Assembly: GCA_041538025.1 (NCBI GenBank)
Contig: JBGOEV010000001.1
Coordinates: 14,205 to 78,204 of the forward strand
Length of the DNA stretch: 64,000 bases
Direction: 5' to 3'
Source: Candidatus Thermosaccharophagus gerlachensis
GTDB taxonomy: Bacteria; Armatimonadota; Fervidibacteria; Fervidibacterales; Thermosaccharophagaceae
This document shows, piece by piece, positions 43,775-53,512 of this stretch. Both the position numbers and the translations under genes were made by a program. Positions within the stretch are counted from its first letter, which is position 1; the number at the start of each line of letters is the position of its first letter. Below the pieces are notes generated by a model. That model had not been told where the DNA came from. It saw nothing but the letters and a program-made list of their open reading frames with translations, and searched no databases.

Positions 43775-45868
43775 ATGCCCTCTGTTCTATCAAACTTGGC
43801 TCTGGCAGATAAAGCATGCATTATTCATGATGTTATCCCGTTGCTCATCATAGTCCTGCCCTTTTCCTCCTTCCTTATCTGCACGTTGTTTGGATACAAG
43901 CTCAAGAAGGGCGCCGGATTGTTATCGCTTCTACTCGTTGGCTTTTCATCGCTGCTGTGCCTTTTGGTGTTTGTTGATGTCATAGTTTCAAGCAAAGGAA
44001 ACAATGTGCTCACACAAGGTTGTTGGATGGCAATTCGTATAGGCTCTAAGGAAACCCCTTTAGTCATAACTCTCGGCTACCTTATTGACCCACTCACATC
44101 TATCATGCTTTTCGTCGTTGGTTTTGTTGGTTGGTGGATAATGCTTTACTCCGTCGGATACATGGATGGCGACCCACGATATCATCGTTACTTTGCATAC
44201 ATGTCGCTCTTCATGGCATCAATGCTTGGCTTGGTCCTCTCCAACAACTTCGTGATGCTTTACATATGCTGGGAGCTTGTTGGGCTTTGCTCTTATCTTT
44301 TGATCGGCTTCTGGTATGAGAGAGAAGCTGCGATGCGGGCTTGTAAAAAGGCTTTCATAGTAACGAGGCTTGGTGACACAGGGTTTGCCCTCGGTATATT
44401 CCTTTTGGTCTCAGTGTTTGGCAGCGTCGCATTTTATCCGTTGGATGGCGTTAATGGCATCTTCACATCCATTGGATATTCTGCCAAGGGAAAAGAGAAT
44501 GTGCTTGCCCTTGCAGCGTTGCTATTGTTTTGTGGAGCAGTTGGCAAGTCAGCTCAGTTCCCTTTGCATGTTTGGCTTCCAGATGCAATGGAAGGACCAA
44601 CACCAGTCAGCGCATTAATACACGCTGCAACTATGGTTGCAGCTGGAGTTTACATGGTCGCAAGATGCTTCGTTTTGTTTGATGTTAATGTGACTGGCAA
44701 GCTGAGCCTTTTTGATGGTCTCATCGTGCTTTCACCTGCATACCTTGTTGCTCTGATCGGTTCATTTACAGCCTTCATGGCTGCAACTATTGCGCTCGTC
44801 CAAACAGACATAAAGCGCATACTGGCTTACTCAACGATAAGCCAGCTTGGTTACATGATGATGGCTCTCGGGATCGGTGCATACTCAGCTGGCACATTTC
44901 ATCTCGTAACACATGCGTTCTTCAAAGCGCTTTTGTTCCTTTGTGCTGGAAGCGTTATACACGCAATGGGCACAAACGAAATCTTTGAGATGGGTGGACT
45001 GAAGAGTGTTATGCCGATAACGTTCGCCACATATGTCATAGGTATGGGTGCACTTGCTGGCATACCACCCCTCTCTGGCTTCTGGAGCAAGGACGAAATA
45101 CTTGCACATGCTTTTATGCACAGCAAGTTGATTTGGCTAATCGGTGAGGTTACAGCCTTCTTAACTGCTCTTTACATGACAAGACAGCTTTGCGTTGTCT
45201 TTCTTGGTTCACCGAGGAAGCCAGAGGCTCATCCTCACGAGAGTCCACCTGTCATGTTGGTGCCGTTGATCGTGCTTTCAATTGGTGCAGCTGTAAGCGG
45301 ATTGTTTGGGACACCGTGGATGAACTTATATGCAAGTTTCATCAATCATGGTGTAGCACATGCGGGTGCTCATCACAAGCCATCGGCTACTGTTATGCTT
45401 TTCTCGGTTGCAGTATCTTCTCTCGGCGTGCTCTGTGGGTATCTGCTCTATGGCTCAAGGCAAATCCAAAGCCACCTTGAAGATCCGCTACGCAAGTTCT
45501 TAGGCAACCTTTATTCCTTCCTCGAGGCGAAATGGCACATGGACTGGTATGAGGGAAAAGCTATAAGGCATGTTTTCTTCTCACTCGTTGGGTTATGTAG
45601 GAGGTTTGATCTTGGTGTTGTTGATGGCTTTGTCAATCTCGTTGGGTGGGCTGTTGCGTATGTATTTGCATACTTGCACCGTTTCTTTGACCTTTATGTG
45701 GTTGATGGGTTTATCAATGGGTTGGCTTTCGTTACCGGCGTTTGCGGTGACATGTTAAGGCGCATACAAACTGGCTTTATACGCCATTACATGCTCTTCA
45801 TCCTGATGGGTTTTGTTTTCCTGCTCATCGTCAGCCTGTGGCGTATCGTCGTTTTAGGTCACCCATGA
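43775..45868 (+). CDS. nuoL: NADH-quinone oxidoreductase subunit L
   Basis: The antiporter-like motifs are WELVGLCSYLLIGFW, GKSAQFPLHVWLPDAMEGPTPVSALIHAATMV and AYSTISQLGYM. It has the long C-terminal lateral-helix region. Confidence 0.92.
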   Translation: MPSVLSNLALADKACIIHDVIPLLIIVLPFSSFLICTLFGYKLKKGAGLLSLLLVGFSSLLCLLVFVDVIVSSKGNNVLTQGCWMAIRIGSKETPLVITLGYLIDPLTSIMLFVVGFVGWWIMLYSVGYMDGDPRYHRYFAYMSLFMASMLGLVLSNNFVMLYICWELVGLCSYLLIGFWYEREAAMRACKKAFIVTRLGDTGFALGIFLLVSVFGSVAFYPLDGVNGIFTSIGYSAKGKENVLALAALLLFCGAVGKSAQFPLHVWLPDAMEGPTPVSALIHAATMVAAGVYMVARCFVLFDVNVTGKLSLFDGLIVLSPAYLVALIGSFTAFMAATIALVQTDIKRILAYSTISQLGYMMMALGIGAYSAGTFHLVTHAFFKALLFLCAGSVIHAMGTNEIFEMGGLKSVMPITFATYVIGMGALAGIPPLSGFWSKDEILAHAFMHSKLIWLIGEVTAFLTALYMTRQLCVVFLGSPRKPEAHPHESPPVMLVPLIVLSIGAAVSGLFGTPWMNLYASFINHGVAHAGAHHKPSATVMLFSVAVSSLGVLCGYLLYGSRQIQSHLEDPLRKFLGNLYSFLEAKWHMDWYEGKAIRHVFFSLVGLCRRFDLGVVDGFVNLVGWAVAYVFAYLHRFFDLYVVDGFINGLAFVTGVCGDMLRRIQTGFIRHYMLFILMGFVFLLIVSLWRIVVLGHP

Positions 45869-45890
45869 TTTTGCTATGAGGTGGTGAGAT

Positions 45891-47450
45891 GTGACGGAAG
45901 GCATTGGAATACTAACAGCAATAACATTCCTACCAGCATTGGGTGCTCTTATGATTGCCATAACGCCAAGAGAGCGTGTTGCGCTAATACGCTCAATAGC
46001 TCACTTGATAAGTGGCTTTGTGCTTTTGCTTTCGCTCTTCATGTTCGCTGACTTGGACAAGCACTCACCTAAGATGCAGTTCGTTGAGAGCTTCCTTTGG
46101 ATACCGATCATTAACATCCGATACTACCTTGGTGTTGATGGTTTAAGCGCTCCACTCGTTGTTTTAACAGCGTTACTCACTTTTCTTTCAATCGTTTACT
46201 CACCAACGGCTATAAGGCATCGTGAGAAGGACTACTATGCCCTTTTTCTCCTGCTTGAGACGGGCATGATAGGCGTCTTTGTGGCGCTTGACTTCATCCT
46301 CTTTTACATTTTCTGGGAAGTGAGCCTCGTGCCGATGTATTTCATTATCGGCATCTGGGGCGGACCAAAGCGTGAGTATGCAGCCATTAAGTTTTTCCTT
46401 TACACACTCTTCGGTTCCGTCTTTATGCTTCTCTCAATACTGACTCTTTACTACTTCAGCGGACCTCCATCTTATGATCCAACGCAGTCACGCACCTTTG
46501 ACATGCTTGAGCTTATATCGCAACGCCCATTAAGTGGGAACTTGCTTATTCAGCTCCTTTGTTTCCTTGGCTTCTACATTGCGTTCGCAATAAAGGTTCC
46601 TGTCTTCCCATTCCACACCTGGCTTCCAGACGCTCATGTTGAAGCACCAACTGCTGGCAGTGTCCTTCTTGCTGGCATACTCCTGAAGATGGGCACATAT
46701 GGCATGGTGCGAATCCTGTTACCTCTATTCCCTGAAGCCTGCCAGCTCTTTTGGAAGCCTATGGCTATCCTTGCGCTTATCAACATACTGTATGGCGGTT
46801 TGGTGGCGATGGGGCAGGATGATTTGAAAAAGCTCATAGCATATTCAAGCATTGCTCACATGGGCTTCGTCATGCTCGGTGTCGCTGCTGCTGCTAAAGG
46901 CTTGCACGATGTGCCAAACAATTTCATTGAACCAGTCATCCGCGCGAAGGTGATGGCTTTGAACGGTGCCACTCTTGAGATGGTCGCCCATGGGCTTATC
47001 ACAGGTAGCCTCTTCCTGCTCGTCGGCGTCATTTACGAGCGAGTCCATCACCGAGATTTAAACTCGTTTGGTGGGCTTTGGAACAAGATGCCAGTTTACA
47101 GTTCGGTGCTTGCGTTCATGGCTATGGCATCGCTTGGGTTACCTGGGCTGGCTGGCTTTTGGGCTGAGTTCTTAGCCTTGATGGGTGCATTCGGTGTCTA
47201 CGGGCATTTCGCTTGGCTTGCTGTCTTTGGGATCGTCATTGTAGCTGCTTTCTTCCTGTGGATGCTACAGCGGATGCTCATGGGCTCAATGCCAAGGGAG
47301 TATGAAAGGCTTAAAGACATGGATGCACGTGAGTGCATCTCCTTGTTCCCTTTGGTTTTCCTTGTGTTTCTCTTGGGTGTTTATCCGCATCTTCTCCTTG
47401 AACCGATAAACACTGTTATGGTGAGCATTGTTGAGTCATTGCGTCTGTAA
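45891..47450 (+). CDS. nuoM: NADH-quinone oxidoreductase subunit M
   Basis: The motifs are FYIFWEVSLVPMYFIIGIWGG, KVPVFPFHTWLPDAHVEAPTAGSVLLAGILLKMG and AYSSIAHMGF. Confidence 0.92.
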   Translation: MTEGIGILTAITFLPALGALMIAITPRERVALIRSIAHLISGFVLLLSLFMFADLDKHSPKMQFVESFLWIPIINIRYYLGVDGLSAPLVVLTALLTFLSIVYSPTAIRHREKDYYALFLLLETGMIGVFVALDFILFYIFWEVSLVPMYFIIGIWGGPKREYAAIKFFLYTLFGSVFMLLSILTLYYFSGPPSYDPTQSRTFDMLELISQRPLSGNLLIQLLCFLGFYIAFAIKVPVFPFHTWLPDAHVEAPTAGSVLLAGILLKMGTYGMVRILLPLFPEACQLFWKPMAILALINILYGGLVAMGQDDLKKLIAYSSIAHMGFVMLGVAAAAKGLHDVPNNFIEPVIRAKVMALNGATLEMVAHGLITGSLFLLVGVIYERVHHRDLNSFGGLWNKMPVYSSVLAFMAMASLGLPGLAGFWAEFLALMGAFGVYGHFAWLAVFGIVIVAAFFLWMLQRMLMGSMPREYERLKDMDARECISLFPLVFLVFLLGVYPHLLLEPINTVMVSIVESLRL

Positions 47451-47458
47451 CTCTTTTT

Positions 47459-49027
47459 GTGGTTCCGTTTTCCTTTGGAGTTGATGAGGGGATGGATGAG
47501 CTGATGGTTTTTCTTGGTTACTTTGCATCTGAGTCAATTCTTGCCATCGGAAGCATCACGATACTCCTTATCGGCTTGTTTTCAAAACTTAGGAGCCGTT
47601 ATATTGGTTATTTTGCGGCTTCCATCATGGCGCTTTCCGCTTTTGTTGTGCCATGGCAGGGCTGGCTTGCTGTTCAAGTTCGGTCGCTAAGTTCAACCGT
47701 TCGTCCATTCTTTAGCTTTTGTCTTTCACCAGACCTCTTTTCCGTTTACTTCAAATTCGCCATCGCTATAGCTATGCTCATTGTCATCTTGGCGTCACTT
47801 GATTATGTTGAAGCGAACTTTGAGGCAGTTGGAAGTGAGTTTTATGCACTGATGTGTTTTGCTACCTTAAGCATGTCTTTCATGGTCTCAGCAGTTGAGC
47901 TTATAACCATTTTCATAGCTGTTGAGCTGACAAGCATAGCTTCCTATGCGCTTGCTTCGTTTGATGTATCCACACCACGTTCCTCCGAGGCTGGTGTCAA
48001 ATACTTTCTTGTGGGGGCAATTGCTACCGCTGTAAGTCTTTATGGCATGTCTCTCATTTTTGCTTTGGCTGGCACTACGAATTTGTTTGGTATACTTAAG
48101 GCACAGTCTGAGACATCTTTGCATCTTCCACTGCTCATCCTTGTAAGCCTTCTCATGGTCATGGCATCGCTTGGTTTTAAGGCAGCGCTTGTGCCATTCC
48201 ATGCTTGGGTTCCAGATGTTTATGAAGGCGCGCCAACATCAGTTACTGCTTTTTTGGCTGCTGCATCAAAAGTTGCTGCGTTTGGTCTTTTGGCTCGATT
48301 CATGTTGTATGGTTTTTCTGCATCGGAGGAGCTCTGGCGTCCCATCATGTCAATAGTGAGCGCTATAACAATGACGCTTGGTAACCTCTTCGCTATACCG
48401 CAACGGAACATAAAGCGAATGCTCGCATACTCAAGCATAGCTCACGCTGGGTATATGCTTGTTGGATTATCATCGGTTGGGCATGCGGAGATAAAGTTCA
48501 TGATGGGTGAAGGAGCTTTAGGAAACACCGATGTAGCAATGACTGGTCTTCTCCTTTACTCCCTTGCGTATGCATTTGCCACAGGTGGGGCATTCGTTGT
48601 GGTGCTTGTTGTCTCAAACATTATTGGAACGGAGGAAATAGATGGATACGCTGGTTTATCACAACTTATCCCACATGCTGCGTGGGCTCTTGTCATCTTC
48701 TTCCTCTCCCTCATCGGCATACCACCGCTTGCTGGCTTCTTTGCTAAAATGCTTGTGTTTGCAAGCGCCATATATTCGGATATGACATGGCTTGCCGTCG
48801 TTGGTGTCCTCAACTCCGTCGTATCGGGCTATTACTATTTCAATGTGATTAGGCAAATGTTTTTGCTCCCACCAGAAAAGAAACAAGCAATCCACCGAAC
48901 AACACCAAGCATGGATGCAGCACTCCTCATAGCACTGCTTGGGACAATCCTAATAGGCTTGCTGCCAAACCCGTTCATACGATGGGTAAGAGACACTATT
49001 TACGGTGTCATTGCAACGCAGCCTTAG
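47459..49027 (+). CDS. nuoN: NADH-quinone oxidoreductase subunit N
   Basis: The motifs are GFKAALVPFHAWVPDVYEGAPTSVTAFL and AYSSIAHAGYM. The start is uncertain (GTG 47459, or ATG 47492/47504). Confidence 0.9.
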   Translation: MVPFSFGVDEGMDELMVFLGYFASESILAIGSITILLIGLFSKLRSRYIGYFAASIMALSAFVVPWQGWLAVQVRSLSSTVRPFFSFCLSPDLFSVYFKFAIAIAMLIVILASLDYVEANFEAVGSEFYALMCFATLSMSFMVSAVELITIFIAVELTSIASYALASFDVSTPRSSEAGVKYFLVGAIATAVSLYGMSLIFALAGTTNLFGILKAQSETSLHLPLLILVSLLMVMASLGFKAALVPFHAWVPDVYEGAPTSVTAFLAAASKVAAFGLLARFMLYGFSASEELWRPIMSIVSAITMTLGNLFAIPQRNIKRMLAYSSIAHAGYMLVGLSSVGHAEIKFMMGEGALGNTDVAMTGLLLYSLAYAFATGGAFVVVLVVSNIIGTEEIDGYAGLSQLIPHAAWALVIFFLSLIGIPPLAGFFAKMLVFASAIYSDMTWLAVVGVLNSVVSGYYYFNVIRQMFLLPPEKKQAIHRTTPSMDAALLIALLGTILIGLLPNPFIRWVRDTIYGVIATQP

Positions 49028-49043
49028 TGGGGAGGATTAGAAG

Positions 49044-49469
49044 ATGCATAAAGAACTCGCATTCGTGATGCTGAAGCCTGATGCACTTCAAAGGAGGCTC
49101 GTTGGTGAAATAATATCAAGGTTTGAGCGGAAAGGTTTGAAGCTCATCGGGATGAAAATGGTTATGATGGAGCGCAAACAAGCTGAGGAACTATACGAAG
49201 CGCATAAGGGGAAGGATTTCTTTGAGCCATTGATTAACTTTGTCACTTCGCACCCAGTTATAGTCATGGTTTGGGAGGGCGAAAATGCTATAGCAGCTGT
49301 GAGGCAACTTATTGGTGCAACAGATCCGATTAAGGCAGCTACTGGAAGCATACGCGGTGACTTCGGTTTAAACACAACGATGAACCTTATCCATGCTGCA
49401 GATTCGGCAGAATCGTCCATAAGGGAAATGAACATCTTCTTCTCAGAGGACGAACTCTTTGATGTGTGA
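49044..49469 (+). CDS. ndk: Nucleoside diphosphate kinase
   Basis: The motifs are ELAFVMLKPDALQRRLVGEIISRFERKGLKLIGMK...NLIHAADS. Confidence 0.95.
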   Translation: MHKELAFVMLKPDALQRRLVGEIISRFERKGLKLIGMKMVMMERKQAEELYEAHKGKDFFEPLINFVTSHPVIVMVWEGENAIAAVRQLIGATDPIKAATGSIRGDFGLNTTMNLIHAADSAESSIREMNIFFSEDELFDV

Positions 49470-49489
49470 ATTGGCGAACTTAAAAACGA

Positions 49490-50536
49490 GTGGTGAGACA
49501 TGAAATGCTCGCAAACCGTTACCGCAGTTTACTTAGGTCATTTCCAGGCGGGGACGACCTGTATGCTCTAATTGAGAGCCATCTCCAGTCCGTTCAAGCT
49601 ATGTTAGTTGGATGCGCAAAGAAAGCCTCCGGAGAGCTTGTTGAAACCGTTACACACGCTCTTAGCGCTGGTGGGAAAATGATTCGTCCAATTCTTACAC
49701 TTCTTTCAGCGTGGACAATAAGCGAGGTTAATGAACGGACTATAACTTATGCTACAGCGATTGAACTGATACACACTGCGAGTCTTTTGCATGACGACGT
49801 AATTGACGATGCAAAAGTGAGGCGATGCAAACCTACTGTAAACTCTGTCTGGGGTGACAAGGCTGCTATAACTACGGGCGATTTCATGTTAGCTTGCGCT
49901 TTTGAGCTGCTCGCAAAACATAATGATGAGCGCATTATAAGCGACATAGCTGAAACAGCACAGCAAATGTGCTGTGGACAGATGCTTGAAGTCGTGCACT
50001 CCTTTGATCTGGATATGACCTACGAGGAGTATCTTGAAATCATCAAGCTAAAGACAGGCAGGCTGTTCGCATCGGCTTGCTATGCTGGTGGCATCTCAGC
50101 TAACGCATCACTTGAGGAAGCCGAGTGCTTGAAGGAGTTCGGGCTTTCAGTAGGTATAGCTTTCCAGATGATAGATGACTTGCTTGATTTCGTTGGGGAG
50201 GAAAAAGAGCTTGGAAAGCCAGTTGGACAGGATATAAAGCACGGGAAGATAACACTGCCACTCATAGAGCTTATAAGGGTGCTCAAAGCAAAAGAGGAAG
50301 CTAATTTAGTTGCGTGGCTTTGTGGGAAATTGAGGGAAAGAACAACTGATAAAGAGCTTGTTGCCTTCCTGAGGCAAGCCATTGTCCAACATCGCATTGA
50401 TGAGCATGTTAGGGCAGTGGCAAAGTCGTTCACTGATAGTGCTGTCAGGATGCTTCAAGCCTTGAAGGGGAAACGATGGGAAGCATTGTCTCAGGTAGCA
50501 GCCATTATCCCTGAATGGCAGGTGGAGGTGCCATGA
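49490..50536 (+). CDS. Polyprenyl diphosphate synthase (long-chain trans-prenyltransferase, hepta/octaprenyl type)
   Basis: The first DDxxD is LLHDDVIDD and the second is FQMIDDLLD. The chain length of the product is not determinable here. Confidence 0.88.
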   Translation: MVRHEMLANRYRSLLRSFPGGDDLYALIESHLQSVQAMLVGCAKKASGELVETVTHALSAGGKMIRPILTLLSAWTISEVNERTITYATAIELIHTASLLHDDVIDDAKVRRCKPTVNSVWGDKAAITTGDFMLACAFELLAKHNDERIISDIAETAQQMCCGQMLEVVHSFDLDMTYEEYLEIIKLKTGRLFASACYAGGISANASLEEAECLKEFGLSVGIAFQMIDDLLDFVGEEKELGKPVGQDIKHGKITLPLIELIRVLKAKEEANLVAWLCGKLRERTTDKELVAFLRQAIVQHRIDEHVRAVAKSFTDSAVRMLQALKGKRWEALSQVAAIIPEWQVEVP

Positions 50537-51294
50537 AAGCGATAGTTCTTGCTGCTGGGTATGCCACAAGGTTATACCCCATAACATTAAACAAAGCAAA
50601 ACCGCTGTTGCCGATCGCTGGGAGACCAATGATTGAATACACTCTCATGCGTATAGCACCCCTTGAGGCAGTTGACGAAGTGTTTATAGTCACGAACGGA
50701 CGCTTCTACAACGACTTTATAGAGTGGCTTAATGGCTTCTCTCCGTCCTTCACCAAAGTGATAAGGTTACTAAGCGATGGCACAATGACGAACGAAGAGC
50801 GCATGGGAGCTATCGGTGACCTCATATTCACGATTGAGTCAAACAATATTGACGATGACTGCCTTGTGGTGGCTGGTGACAACCTTTTTGATTTTGAGCT
50901 TTCTGAGTTTGTGCACTTTGCGCTAACTCGTGGGACAAGCGTTGGATTATACAAGGTGGAAGATATTGAGCTGGTCAAACGATACAGCGTCGTTGAAGTT
51001 GATGAGGAAGGGCGGATCATTTACTTTGAAGAGAAACCAAAAGAACCGCGCACTAACTTGGTTGCAATTTGCCTATACCTGATCAGGCGTGGTGACTTAC
51101 ATAAGCTCTTTGAATATCGTGCTGAAGGTCACCTGATGGATGAACCGGGTTACTTCATTCAATGGCTTTGCAAGCGCACAGATGTTTATGGGTATTTGTT
51201 CACGGGCATCTGGTTTGACATAGGCGACAAAGGTAGCTTGATGATCGCTGATAAAATTTTCAAATCCCTTTCGGGGGCAGATGCGATTGTGTAA
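50533..51294 (+). CDS. Sugar-phosphate nucleotidyltransferase (NTP_transferase family)
   Basis: The N-terminus is MKAIVLAAGYATRLYPITLNKAKPLLPIAGRPMIEY. An ATGA start/stop overlap links it to the polyprenyl synthase gene. Confidence 0.85.
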   Translation: MKAIVLAAGYATRLYPITLNKAKPLLPIAGRPMIEYTLMRIAPLEAVDEVFIVTNGRFYNDFIEWLNGFSPSFTKVIRLLSDGTMTNEERMGAIGDLIFTIESNNIDDDCLVVAGDNLFDFELSEFVHFALTRGTSVGLYKVEDIELVKRYSVVEVDEEGRIIYFEEKPKEPRTNLVAICLYLIRRGDLHKLFEYRAEGHLMDEPGYFIQWLCKRTDVYGYLFTGIWFDIGDKGSLMIADKIFKSLSGADAIV

Positions 51295-52312
51295 CTTCTT
51301 CCAATTCCCACACTGCAACTGCGTCTACATCTAAACCACCTATGAGGTTCCTCTCAAGCCTATATGAACCTGCGCATGCTATCATTGCTGCGTTGTCTGT
51401 GCACAGCGATATCGGTGGGATGACAAGCTTCAATCCGTAGCTCTCTGCAAGCTCTTTCATTCTCTGACGCAAACGCCTGTTTGCAGCTACCCCACCAACT
51501 ACAGCAAGCAAGCTCGGTTTAACTTTTTCAATCGCTCTTGCTGTCTGCATGAGTAGCATATCAACCACGGTTTCTTGGAAGCATGCAGCTATGTCACAGG
51601 TTGTTATTTTGTCTGTCTTCGTTTTGAGCCTCCCTCTATCATGCCCCTCAACGAAGCGCACAACCGCTGTCTTCAGCCCTGCGAAACTGAAATCAAATGA
51701 TTCACCCATATCAGCTCTTGGGAAGGCGATAGCATGCGGGTCTCCATTCATTGCAGCTTTATCAATTGCTGGACCCCCGGGGAAGCCTAAGCCGAGAATC
51801 CTTGCGACTTTGTCAAACGCTTCTCCAGCAGCATCATCTCTTGTGCGCCCAAGCACTTCATAGTTACCAAGGTCATTGGCATAAACTAACTCTGAGTGCC
51901 CACCAGACACAATCAGACAGAGCAAAGGGAAATCAACATCTACATCCGCAAGGAAGGCGGAAAAGAGATGCCCTTCAAGATGGTTGACTGGGATAAGTGG
52001 CTTGCTAAGAGCTATGCAAAGAGCCTTTGCCACAGATAACCCAACAGCGAGTGATGTTATAAGTCCAGGTCCACATGTGACAGCTATCCCATCAACAGCA
52101 TCTAATCTAACCGAAGCTTCTGCTAATGCTGCATCAAGCGCTGGGAAAAGCAATTCCAAGTGCTTCCTTGAAGCTATCTCAGGGACAACTCCTCCAAAAA
52201 GCTTATGCCACTCCGCTTGTGAGCAGACAATGTTTGAGAGTATTCTACGCTTGTCTTGAACGAGTGCCACCGATGTCTCATCACATGATGTTTCAATTCC
52301 GAGCACAAGCAT
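51260..52312 (-). CDS. tsaD: tRNA N6-threonylcarbamoyladenosine synthesis protein TsaD (Kae1/Gcp)
   Basis: The motifs are MLVLGIETSCDETSVALV...HLEGHLFS...LIVSGGHSEL...GEAFDKVAR...GGVAANRRLR. Confidence 0.95.
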   Translation of the reverse strand: MLVLGIETSCDETSVALVQDKRRILSNIVCSQAEWHKLFGGVVPEIASRKHLELLFPALDAALAEASVRLDAVDGIAVTCGPGLITSLAVGLSVAKALCIALSKPLIPVNHLEGHLFSAFLADVDVDFPLLCLIVSGGHSELVYANDLGNYEVLGRTRDDAAGEAFDKVARILGLGFPGGPAIDKAAMNGDPHAIAFPRADMGESFDFSFAGLKTAVVRFVEGHDRGRLKTKTDKITTCDIAACFQETVVDMLLMQTARAIEKVKPSLLAVVGGVAANRRLRQRMKELAESYGLKLVIPPISLCTDNAAMIACAGSYRLERNLIGGLDVDAVAVWELEEVTQSHLPPKGI

Positions 52313-52314
52313 AA

Positions 52315-52932
52315 CTAACTGTCTACCACCCCTATTGTGCTTTTTGCCTTTGAGATGCGCCTAAGTATAGAGCGCAACCTGTCGTAGTCATCCTTGATCA
52401 AGCGGGAAAGCTCTTTACCGAGCGAGACGAGATATAAGTGTGCGTATCCATGAGCTTTCCATGCATACCTGCATGCCGAGATCAGGAGTTCATCTTTTAC
52501 ACCCTTTGCAGATGTGACAATGAGCCTCAAGTAGTCAAACTCCTCTGTGAAACGCTTTGTCTCTTCATCGGTGCACTTGTAAACGAAGCTATGCAACCTT
52601 GGTGGTGAAGGTGGCAAAGTTTGCATTATCATCCCTTCCAGCTCGTATCCGACTATCAAGCCTTTAAACTCCGTCCTCAACAGCTCAAATATTTGTGGCT
52701 GTTCCTCCATCAGCTCCTCTTCCGTCTTCCCGTAAGCAATCGGGCGCCTAAGTGGGTCTATGCTGTGAGTGGTGATTTCGTAGACGAATGCATATACTGG
52801 TGGTTGTGAGTCAACCTTAACGAGTGAACCAAACGGTGGCGACATGTGCAGTTTGAAGCATTGGGCTACAAACTCCGTTGTGCAACTTTCAACGACCTCT
52901 GCAACCAATAACATTGCATTGTTCGAAGCCAT
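52315..52932 (-). CDS. Hypothetical protein of 205 aa, tightly coupled upstream of tsaD
   Basis: Its stop is 2 nt from the tsaD start. The N-terminal LLVAEVVESCTTEFVAQCF...PPFGSLVKVDSQPPVYAFVYEI resembles a small beta-barrel (HAS-barrel-like) pattern. There is no Walker motif. Confidence 0.6.
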   Translation of the reverse strand: MASNNAMLLVAEVVESCTTEFVAQCFKLHMSPPFGSLVKVDSQPPVYAFVYEITTHSIDPLRRPIAYGKTEEELMEEQPQIFELLRTEFKGLIVGYELEGMIMQTLPPSPPRLHSFVYKCTDEETKRFTEEFDYLRLIVTSAKGVKDELLISACRYAWKAHGYAHLYLVSLGKELSRLIKDDYDRLRSILRRISKAKSTIGVVDS

Positions 52933-53000
52933 CGCTCATTAACACCGCCATACACATATGCGTAGCCTCTCATGCACTATTCAATGGCTCATCTTTGTCT

Positions 53001-53420
53001 TCACTGCTGTTGGTTTGTCTTTTGAGTTCCTTCATTCTCCTCCTGAGCTTTCTCAACGATTGAACGTAGGATGTTGCGTGCAAGGTCTTCATAGAGCCTT
53101 TCCCTTTCCCGCATCCTACCTTTGTAAAGCAGATGCGCATCAACGAGCAACAGCAATAGCACCAGTAGCCCGATAAGGAGACAGCATATCCAGAACCAAA
53201 GCTCACCCTCAAGCGATTTGAACTTTAATGTAAACATGCCTGCAAAGATGAGTGTAAGGAGCACAAGAAAAAGAAAGCCTATGAATAACCGCAACAGAAG
53301 CTGAGCAAGCTTTATCACCGTTCGCTTTCGCCTAAAGTAATAGACCTCAAGGACGATAAGCGTTACCACACCAACCTGCAGTGCCATAATCAAAGCGAGT
53401 GCCCACTCGTTAGCCCGCAA
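53001..53420 (-). CDS. Small membrane protein (about 3 TM helices) with a charged C-terminal tail
   Basis: The hydrophobic segments are WALALIMALQVGVVTLIVLEVYYF, LFIGFLFLVLLTLIFAGMF and WFWICCLLIGLLVLLLLLV. The start is TTG. Confidence 0.55.
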   Translation of the reverse strand: MRANEWALALIMALQVGVVTLIVLEVYYFRRKRTVIKLAQLLLRLFIGFLFLVLLTLIFAGMFTLKFKSLEGELWFWICCLLIGLLVLLLLLVDAHLLYKGRMRERERLYEDLARNILRSIVEKAQEENEGTQKTNQQQ

Positions 53421-53512
53421 TTTGTTTCTCCTTCCTTAGCTTCTTCGTGATTACACCATCACAGATATTGTAACTCAAAGGCAGTTAGGGTTGAAATCGT
53501 ATCCATTGCTTG

